Part shown: positions 39,155 through 46,467 of the stretch, piece after piece
Layout of the letters: each line of letters starts with the position of its first letter
Position numbering within the stretch: the first letter of the stretch is position 1
From: Alistipes sp.
GTDB taxonomy: Bacteria; Bacteroidota; Bacteroidia; Bacteroidales; Rikenellaceae
NCBI GenBank assembly: GCA_045656185.1
Contig: JAZOQR010000061.1
Location: 36,784 to 100,783 of the forward strand
Direction: 5' to 3'
Length of the DNA stretch: 64,000 nucleotides
Notes under the pieces: generated by a model
Databases searched by the model: none
Told to the model about the DNA's origin: nothing
What the model saw: only the letters and a program-made list of their open reading frames with translations
Translations under genes and position numbers: made by a program

Positions 39155-40360
39155 ATGGCACTTATAAGATGTGAGAAGTGTGGCAATCCAGTATCGAGCA
39201 AGTCTAAGGCTTGTCCGATATGTGGTACGCCTGTGGCTGGCGAGGCTCCAGTGTCGCAGCCCCCTGTCGTTGAGCAGCGTGTGGATAATGCTCCCAAGAC
39301 CCTTAACGATATTATTGCCGAGCGTAATGCTCAGCGCACGCTTAACGATACGCACACCACGACTACCGAGGAGGTTGAGGTTAAGCCGGTGATAAAAGTC
39401 AATCAAGAGCCTAAGAGTGAGGCTGTTAGCTATGAAGATAATGCGCATATCGACGACCTTGAGGAGGAGATTGTGCGTAACGAGCGCTCTATTAAGGGAC
39501 TTAAGACGATGCTTATTGTTGCTGTTGTGCTGCTTCTTCCTGCAGCCTTTTTCAGCATCCGTTATATGGTTAACTATGGTCGTATCAAGGAGGATTATGC
39601 ACTTGTGGAGTCGGCACGCCAGCTCTTCGAGGAGCAGAATACACTTCTTCAGCGCGATGCCGAGAGTCTTGTTACCGAACTCAAGGAGCTTAAGGATCGT
39701 AACGATACTATGATGGTAAAGTATCAGGAGGCTGTTGTGATGCTTGAGCAGTTGCAGAAGGAGAAGACCTACAACTATAACCAGCTTGCAAAGTATAAGC
39801 GTGAGGTGGAGACCTTGCGTGATGTTATGAAGGGCTATCTTCGTCAGATAGACTCTCTCAATACCATCAACAATAACCTTCAGGCTGAGAATGTAGCCTA
39901 TAAGAAAGAGATATCTACAGCTCAGTTGCGTGCCGATGTTGCAGAGGAGCGTGCCGATGAGCTTGGTGCTAAGGTGCGTATTGGCTCTGTTATCCGTGCA
40001 AGCGGCATCCGTATGGTGGCTCTAAACGACAAGTCTAAGGAGGTTCGTAACATCAAGAGAGCGACCCGCCTCCGTGTAGACTTCGAGCTTACCGCCAACG
40101 AGCTTGCCGAGCCAGGCGAGAAGAGTATCTACATCCGTATCACCCCACCAGATGGTTATGTCCTTGTGCAGGACGACCTCTTCTTTAGCTTCGAGGGTGA
40201 TGAGATGGAGGCCTCAGCCGTTCGTAAGGTCGACTACCAGAACGAGTCTGTACCAGTAAGTATCTTCTACGATGGTGCTCACTTCGAGAAGGGTACATAT
40301 ACCGTGGATATCTACATCGATGGACGTCATAGTGGATCTCAACAGACCTACCTCGAGTAA
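39155..40360 (+). CDS. hypothetical membrane protein: zinc ribbon, one TM, long coiled coil, beta-rich C-terminus
   Basis: CEKC-x10-CPIC, hydrophobic segment near residue 120, heptad-rich region. Confidence 0.7.
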   Translation: MALIRCEKCGNPVSSKSKACPICGTPVAGEAPVSQPPVVEQRVDNAPKTLNDIIAERNAQRTLNDTHTTTTEEVEVKPVIKVNQEPKSEAVSYEDNAHIDDLEEEIVRNERSIKGLKTMLIVAVVLLLPAAFFSIRYMVNYGRIKEDYALVESARQLFEEQNTLLQRDAESLVTELKELKDRNDTMMVKYQEAVVMLEQLQKEKTYNYNQLAKYKREVETLRDVMKGYLRQIDSLNTINNNLQAENVAYKKEISTAQLRADVAEERADELGAKVRIGSVIRASGIRMVALNDKSKEVRNIKRATRLRVDFELTANELAEPGEKSIYIRITPPDGYVLVQDDLFFSFEGDEMEASAVRKVDYQNESVPVSIFYDGAHFEKGTYTVDIYIDGRHSGSQQTYLE

Positions 40361-40485
40361 TTTCTTGTGATAAGGGGTCATCTTTGACCTCTCAATCCAA
40401 AGAGCGAATGGGCAGTACGCCAAGTACAGCCCATCCGCTCTTTCTCTTTATCGAGGCCACATCTAACCCCTTCTGACAAGAAATT
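40359..40485 (+). mobile_element. 127-bp AATT-bounded imperfect palindrome, copy 4
   Basis: Begins inside the TAA stop of the upstream gene; AATTTCTTGTGATAAGGGG...CCCCTTCTGACAAGAAATT. Confidence 0.75.
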
Positions 40486-40610
40486 TCCTGTGATAAGGGG
40501 TCATCTACTTCCGCTAACGAATTATCTCGCCAATGGGCAGTACGCCCAAGTACAGCCCATCGTCTCGAAATTCGCCGAGCGTTGTATCTAACCCCTTCTG
40601 ACAAGAAATT
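40482..40610 (+). mobile_element. 129-bp AATT-bounded imperfect palindrome, copy 5 (tandem; shares AATT with copy 4)
   Basis: AATTTCCTGTGATAAGGGG...CCCCTTCTGACAAGAAATT. Confidence 0.75.
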
Positions 40611-40832
40611 CGGTTGTGCTGCCCTGAGGGTTTGTGTCTGTTTCGCTTTTGCAAGCGAGAGCTACGCTGAAAGGGCAAAAGGGGCAGAAGCGGTAGGAAA
40701 GGGTTTTACTAATTACTAATTCCCCCTTTGGCCCCTCAGGCCTCTTAGGCCCCTTAACTCCCCTTCAGGCCCTTTTATAAATCTCGCGCGAAGCGCACCA
40801 CACTTTTCAGTTTTCACCTTTCAGTTTTCAGT
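40611..40832. repeat. mosaic intergenic repeat array
   Basis: Same module order as the reverse complement of 29590-29760. Confidence 0.8.
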
Positions 40833-40843
40833 TATGAAAAACA

Positions 40844-40873
40844 AACAAGGCCACCCCGAAAGGTAGCCTTGTT
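40844..40873. terminator. intrinsic terminator after ferredoxin (possibly bidirectional)
   Basis: AACAAGGCCACC-CCGAAA-GGTAGCCTTGTT hairpin. Confidence 0.65.
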
Positions 40874-40892
40874 CTTTGTTGAATGTAATGGA

Positions 40893-41063
40893 TTATGCCT
40901 CAGGAGCGATAGCCTCTGATGGGCAAACACCAGCACAAGTACCGCAGTCGATACACTTGCTTGGGTCGATTACATAGATGTCACCTGCTGAAATTGCCTC
41001 AACTGGGCACTCGTCGATACATGTACCACATGCAACGCAAGAATCTGAAATTTTGTAAGCCAT
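40893..41063 (-). CDS. 2[4Fe-4S] ferredoxin
   Basis: CVACGTCIDECP and CIDCGTCAGVCP. Confidence 0.95.
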   Translation of the reverse strand: MAYKISDSCVACGTCIDECPVEAISAGDIYVIDPSKCIDCGTCAGVCPSEAIAPEA

Positions 41064-41115
41064 ATTACTTTTGTTTTTAATGAGTGTTTGCACTAATTCG
41101 ATGCAAATATAGTAA

Positions 41116-42387
41116 TTATTTTATAAAATCAAAACCTGTGTAAGGAATTAGCACCTCAGGAATGCGAATTCCATCCTCTGTTTGGTTGTTTTCGAGCAGT
41201 GCCGCAACGATACGTGGCAGTGCCAAAGAGGAGCCATTCAAGGTGTGTGCCAACTGTGTCTTGCGGTTATCATCACGATAGCGCAACTTTAGGCGGTTTG
41301 CCTGGAACGACTCGAAGTTCGATACCGATGACACCTCCAACCAACGCTTCTGAGCCTCAGAGTAGACCTCGAAGTCGTATGTAAGTGCCGATGTGAAGGA
41401 CATATCGCCACCGCAAAGTCTCAATATGCGGTATGGCAAGCCGAGCGATGCTACGATAGACTCTACGTGTGCAACCATTGCATCGAGAGCCTCGTACGAC
41501 TTATCTGGGTGTGACACCTGCACGATCTCCACCTTGTCGAACTGGTGTAGACGGTTAAGACCTCGTACATCCTTACCATACGAGCCCGCCTCGCGACGGA
41601 AGCAAGGGGTGTATGCTGTCATCTTTACTGGCAACTCGTTCTGCTCAAGTATTACATCGCGGAAGATATTTGTCACAGGCACCTCAGCTGTAGGCACAAG
41701 GTAGAAGCCATCGGCTGTAGCGTGGTACATCTGTCCCTCCTTATCTGGCAACTGACCAGTACCGAAGCCCGAAGCCTCGTTTACCATAATTGGAGGCTCA
41801 ACCTCCTGATATCCAGCGCGTGTATTGCAGTCGAGGAAGTAGTTTATCAAGGCGCGCTGCAATCTCGCACCCTTGCCCTTATATACTGGGAAGCCAGCAC
41901 CAGTGAGCTTTACGCCAAGGTCGAAGTCGATGATATCGTACTTCTTAGCAAGCTCCCAGTGAGGCAATGCCTCGCCAGGAATCTCGGTGTAGTTCTCCAC
42001 GAGCTTCACCACAACATTATCCTCTGCGGTGCGACCCTCAGGTACGATGTCGGCAGGGAAGTTAGGGAGCTTAACAATCTCATTTTGAAGCTCCTCAGCC
42101 ACGCGCTCCGACTCCTCCTTAAGTTCGTTAGAGCGAGTCTTCAACGCTGCTACCTCCTGCTTTTTAGCCTCAGCCTCCTCTTTGAGGCCCTTGCCCATAA
42201 GCATACCAATCTGCTTTGCCGCCTGATTCTGCTCTGCAAGGCAGTTGTCCAATTCATTCTGTAGCGCCTTGCGCTTATCGTCGAGTTCCTCGATACGTGC
42301 GATAATAGGCTCTGCATCAACGCCCTTCTTTTGCAAGCGACGTACAGCCTCAGCCTTGTTCTCTCTTAGTTGCTTTAGTGTAAGCAT
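41116..42387 (-). CDS. serS: serine--tRNA ligase
   Basis: GTGQLP, PTAEVP, FRREAGSYG...RLHQFDKVE, HTLNGS. Confidence 0.97.
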   Translation of the reverse strand: MLTLKQLRENKAEAVRRLQKKGVDAEPIIARIEELDDKRKALQNELDNCLAEQNQAAKQIGMLMGKGLKEEAEAKKQEVAALKTRSNELKEESERVAEELQNEIVKLPNFPADIVPEGRTAEDNVVVKLVENYTEIPGEALPHWELAKKYDIIDFDLGVKLTGAGFPVYKGKGARLQRALINYFLDCNTRAGYQEVEPPIMVNEASGFGTGQLPDKEGQMYHATADGFYLVPTAEVPVTNIFRDVILEQNELPVKMTAYTPCFRREAGSYGKDVRGLNRLHQFDKVEIVQVSHPDKSYEALDAMVAHVESIVASLGLPYRILRLCGGDMSFTSALTYDFEVYSEAQKRWLEVSSVSNFESFQANRLKLRYRDDNRKTQLAHTLNGSSLALPRIVAALLENNQTEDGIRIPEVLIPYTGFDFIK

Positions 42388-42484
42388 ATATCATGTATTG
42401 ATTTTGTTTCAGACTACAAATATACAACATTATTGTAAAGAATGTTCCTTATATGGGCAAAAAATATTGTATCGGCGAAATTCG

Positions 42485-42598
42485 AGGGGTAATATGGGGA
42501 TAATGGGGAGTGTGGGTATTGTGGGGTAATCTCGGGATAGTCCACAAAAAAGCAACGCTTTTTAACTTTTACTAATTACTAATTTCTAATTCCTAATT
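42485..42598. repeat. GGGGATAAT-like nonamers, AAAAGCAACGCTTTT mini-hairpin and CTAATT(A/T/C) heptamers
   Basis: Same module types as the other arrays; ends just before the TATCTTTG box at 42607. Confidence 0.65.
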
Positions 42599-42635
42599 GT
42601 TTTTACTATCTTTGTGCGATTATATACTTATATGG

Positions 42636-44480
42636 ATGATGACCGCTAAAAAGAGATATATCGAGCTTCTTTGCCCTGCGCGCGACTATCGTGCTGCTAT
42701 AGCAGCAATAGACTGTGGCGCCGATGCTTTGTATATTGGAGCTGAGGGCTTTGGAGCGAGGCGTGCCGCTACGAATACCACTGAGGATATTGCTCGCGTG
42801 GTCGATTATGCTCACCTCTTTGGTGTGAGGGTCTATGTTACTCTCAACACCATTCTCTACGAGGGTGAGTTGCAGCGTGCCGAGAAGCTTGCGCGTGAGC
42901 TTATAGCCATAGGCGTAGATGCCCTTATTGTTCAAGATATGGCCTATCGCGAGATGGGACTTCCTGTGGAGCTTCACGCCTCGACACAGGTGTGCAATAT
43001 GACCCCTGAGGGTGCAAAATTTTTGGAGGATAGTGGCTTTACGCGAGTAATCCTTGAGCGTGCGCTATCCTTAGAGGAGATAAAGAGCATACGCCAGGCT
43101 ACGACCGTGGATTTGGAGTGCTTTATCCACGGTGCTATATGCGTGGGCCATAGTGGTCGTTGCTACCTTTCGCGTTCTCAGTCCTCTCGTTCGGGCAACC
43201 GTGGTGAGTGTTCGCAGCCTTGTCGCCTTACCTACGACCTCGTTACGGAGGGTGGCCAGAAGCTTATCAAGGGTAAGCATCTGCTCTCGGTGAAGGATTT
43301 CGACCTCTCAGAGCGTATCGGTGAACTTATAGACGCGGGTGTTATGTCCTTCAAGATTGAGGGTCGCCTTAAGGATGACAACTACATCAAAAATGTGGTG
43401 AGTTACTACCGAAGGAAGATAGATGAGGCTCTTGCTACGCGCCCTGACTGTGTGCGTCTATCTGTGGGCGAGTCAGAGGTTGAGTTCACGCCCGACCCTA
43501 AGAAGAGTTTTACCCGCGATGGTGGCGAGTATATGTACTCTGGCAAGCGCGCAGGTGTGGCGTCGTTCAACACTCCAAAGGCTGTTGGCGAGTATGTAGG
43601 TAGCGTGGCTATGGTAGGGCGCAAGGATTTCAAACTTGTGAGCCGTATGCCGATAAGTGCTGGCGATGGCCTCTGCTTTATTGCGGGCGATGGCATCATA
43701 GGCACCAATGTAAATAGGGTTGAGGGTAGTGTTGTAGAGCCTAACCGTATCGACGGTATTAAGGCTGGTATGGAGGTCTACCGCAACTACGACCATAAGT
43801 TCACTCAGAGTGTTGAGCGCGGCAAGATACGCCGTACCATAGGTGCAAATTGTGTTTTGACCATTTCGGAGCATCGTATCTCGGTACGTTTTACCGATGT
43901 TGAGGGTAATGGTGTGGAGGTTATGCGCGATGTAGAGCTTGAGAGGTCAAAGAGCGAGGATAAGATGCGCGCGGTGGCTGTGGAGCAGATGACAAAGAGT
44001 GGTGATAGTATCTTCCGTGTTATGAGTGTTGAGGTTTATGGTGCTGAGTGGTTTGCCACAGCCAAGCTCCTTGCCGAGTTGCGTCGCGAGGCTCTTGCGT
44101 TGTTGGCCTCTGCGCGTGCCGAGCAACATATACCACACGATATACGCGAGGATGATGGCAGGGCGGAGTACCCTATAAAGCGTCTTTCGGCACAGCATAA
44201 TGTTGTAAACTCACTCTCGCGCAGGTTCTACCAGCGACACGGTGTTGAGCATATTGTTGAGGGCTTGGATAGCTGGGCTTCGACACGCGGTGAGAGGGTT
44301 ATGGAGTCGAGCTACTGTATACGTCGTGAGATTGGCGAGTGCCTCAAAAAGGGTAGCAAACTCCGCGACAGACTCTATATCGAGCACGGTCGTCACCGCT
44401 ACCGTCTTGACTTTGATTGTGCAAAGTGCCGTATGTCGCTAATAGATTGTTCAGAACAAGAGAATATACATAAAAGATGA
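42636..44480 (+). CDS. U32 family protein with DUF3656-like C-terminus (RlhA-like rRNA hydroxylase)
   Basis: ELLCPA, HASTQ, ECFIHGAICVGHSGRC, NRGECSQPCR, FKIEGR. Confidence 0.85.
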   Translation: MMTAKKRYIELLCPARDYRAAIAAIDCGADALYIGAEGFGARRAATNTTEDIARVVDYAHLFGVRVYVTLNTILYEGELQRAEKLARELIAIGVDALIVQDMAYREMGLPVELHASTQVCNMTPEGAKFLEDSGFTRVILERALSLEEIKSIRQATTVDLECFIHGAICVGHSGRCYLSRSQSSRSGNRGECSQPCRLTYDLVTEGGQKLIKGKHLLSVKDFDLSERIGELIDAGVMSFKIEGRLKDDNYIKNVVSYYRRKIDEALATRPDCVRLSVGESEVEFTPDPKKSFTRDGGEYMYSGKRAGVASFNTPKAVGEYVGSVAMVGRKDFKLVSRMPISAGDGLCFIAGDGIIGTNVNRVEGSVVEPNRIDGIKAGMEVYRNYDHKFTQSVERGKIRRTIGANCVLTISEHRISVRFTDVEGNGVEVMRDVELERSKSEDKMRAVAVEQMTKSGDSIFRVMSVEVYGAEWFATAKLLAELRREALALLASARAEQHIPHDIREDDGRAEYPIKRLSAQHNVVNSLSRRFYQRHGVEHIVEGLDSWASTRGERVMESSYCIRREIGECLKKGSKLRDRLYIEHGRHRYRLDFDCAKCRMSLIDCSEQENIHKR

Positions 44481-45361
44481 TAAAGCAGTTAACACCAAAT
44501 ATTCCCGATTACGAACTTCTTGACACTGGTGAAGGTGAGAAGTTGGAGCGTTTCGGTGGCTATGTAGTGCGCCGTCCTGAGCCACAGGCTATATGGCGCA
44601 AGAGCCTTAAGGAGTCGGAGTGGCTAAAGGCAGATGCTTCGTTTCTGCGTGACAGCAAGTCGGAGGAGCGTGGCGAGTGGAAGCTCAAGCCACAGATGCC
44701 GTCGCGCTGGTCGGTGCGCTTTGATTATAAGGCTATGCACCTAAATATGCGCTTGGCGCTAACCTCGTTTAAGCACGTTGGTATCTTCCCTGAGCAGTCG
44801 GCAAATTGGGAGTTTATCTACGATACTATCGAGGAGCTTCGAGCAAAGGGTATCGAGCGCCCTAAGGTGTTAAACTTGTTTGCCTATACGGGAGGTGCTA
44901 CCTTGGCTGCGCGTGCTGCGGGTGCGGATGTCACCCACGTAGACTCTGTTAAGCAGGTTGTGACCTGGTCGCGCGAGAATATGGAGGCTTCGGGTATGGA
45001 TGGTGTGCGCTGGATTGTGGAGGATGCCACAAAATTTGTGGAGCGTGAGGTGCGCCGAGGTAATAAGTATCACGGCATTATTCTCGACCCACCAGCCTAT
45101 GGTCGTGGTGCTAATGGTGAGAAGTGGGTGTTGGAGGATGATATCTGCAATATGTTGGAGTGTTGTGCTAAGCTCCTCGAAAAGAGCGATGCTTTCCTTG
45201 TCTTTAACCTCTACTCAATGGGCTTATCGTCGATGTTGGCGCGTACGGCGGTGCATCAGGCCTTTGGTGCGCCTAAGGCGGAGCAGATGGGAGAGCTATA
45301 CTTCGAGGATAGAAGCCATAAGCAGATACCTTTTGGAACATATTACCGTTTTAAGCGATAA
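44477..45361 (+). CDS. class I SAM-dependent methyltransferase (RlmI/RlmK-like)
   Basis: HVGIFPEQ, VLNLFAYTG, IILDPP. Confidence 0.85.
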   Translation: MIKQLTPNIPDYELLDTGEGEKLERFGGYVVRRPEPQAIWRKSLKESEWLKADASFLRDSKSEERGEWKLKPQMPSRWSVRFDYKAMHLNMRLALTSFKHVGIFPEQSANWEFIYDTIEELRAKGIERPKVLNLFAYTGGATLAARAAGADVTHVDSVKQVVTWSRENMEASGMDGVRWIVEDATKFVEREVRRGNKYHGIILDPPAYGRGANGEKWVLEDDICNMLECCAKLLEKSDAFLVFNLYSMGLSSMLARTAVHQAFGAPKAEQMGELYFEDRSHKQIPFGTYYRFKR

Positions 45362-45373
45362 CAGCTACCCACG

Positions 45374-45916
45374 ATGCGCGAGTTAATCGAGATATTGAGG
45401 TCGTTTCTAAAGATTGGAGCCTTCACCTTTGGTGGTGGCTACGCTATGATACCGATTATTCAGTATGAGGTGGTTGATCGTCGTAAGTGGTTAAACGAGA
45501 AGGAGTTTGTCGAGTTGCTAACTATCGCTCAGGCAGCTCCTGGGCCTATATCGTTGAATACGGCGGTCTTTGTGGGTTATAAATGCAAGGGTTACAAGGG
45601 AGCATTGGCAGCGATAATGGGCGTTGTGATACCCTCGTTTGTAATCATACTCTTGGTTGCGATGTTCTTCCATACAATGCGCGATAACAGATGGGTAGAT
45701 GCCGCCTTTCGTGGTATGCGTCCTGCTGTTGTAGCTCTTATCGTTGCCCCCATTGTGGGTCTTGCCAAGGGGCTTCATTGGGTGCTTATGGCGGTGGCGG
45801 CAGCTACAGCATTGGTGGTGTGGTACTTTGGATTTTCGCCCGTGTGGTTGCTTATAGCGGGAGCTGTAGGTGGTGCGCTATGGGTGGCAAAAAGAGGAGA
45901 GGAGGTCAAGCGATGA
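45374..45916 (+). CDS. short-chain chromate transporter, subunit 1
   Basis: KIGAFTFGGGYAM, AQAAPGP. Confidence 0.9.
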   Translation: MRELIEILRSFLKIGAFTFGGGYAMIPIIQYEVVDRRKWLNEKEFVELLTIAQAAPGPISLNTAVFVGYKCKGYKGALAAIMGVVIPSFVIILLVAMFFHTMRDNRWVDAAFRGMRPAVVALIVAPIVGLAKGLHWVLMAVAAATALVVWYFGFSPVWLLIAGAVGGALWVAKRGEEVKR

Positions 45917-46455
45917 TGACACTATTTACTCTCTTTGTAAGCTACCTTAAGATTGGCTTCTTTGGGTTTGGTGGTGGCTATGCTATGCTCTCGCTTATAC
46001 ATAGTGAGGTTGTGGTGCGCAACCAGTGGCTCACGAATGGCGAGTTCTCGGATATTGTGGCTATATCGCAGATGACTCCTGGTCCTATAGCGATAAACTC
46101 AGCAACATATATCGGCTACGAGGTTGCAGGTTTTTGGGGCTCGGTGGTGGCTACGGTGGCGGTATGTCTGCCAGCGCTCACGATAATGATGCTTATAACG
46201 CGCTTCTTCTTGCGTCTGCGCGATAATCGCTATGTTCAGGGCGTGGTTATGGGTATGCGTCCGGTGGTTGTAGGTATGATAGCCTCAGCGGCGCTGTTGT
46301 TGATTTTCCCGCACTCGGAGGATGGTCGCAGCTTTATTGATGGCTGGAGCTGGGTGATATTTATCGGGGTTTTGCTTGCCTCGGTGAAGAGGGTAAACCC
46401 TATATTGTTGATTGTGTTGTCGGCAGTTGTGGGTATTTTGATTTATGGTATATAA
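45913..46455 (+). CDS. short-chain chromate transporter, subunit 2
   Basis: KIGFFGFGGGYAM, SQMTPGPIAIN; ATG overlaps the previous stop. Confidence 0.9.
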   Translation: MMTLFTLFVSYLKIGFFGFGGGYAMLSLIHSEVVVRNQWLTNGEFSDIVAISQMTPGPIAINSATYIGYEVAGFWGSVVATVAVCLPALTIMMLITRFFLRLRDNRYVQGVVMGMRPVVVGMIASAALLLIFPHSEDGRSFIDGWSWVIFIGVLLASVKRVNPILLIVLSAVVGILIYGI

Positions 46456-46467
46456 AGAGTGATAACA

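Noticed and set aside
40359..40610. Tandem repeats as a CRISPR array
   Set aside because: Units are 127-129 bp palindromes with no unique spacers, only two are in tandem, and no cas genes are present
45691..45912. Cys-rich N-terminal extension on the second chromate transporter
   Set aside because: An alternate-frame overlap with the first subunit; the real start is the ATG at 45913 coupled to the upstream stop
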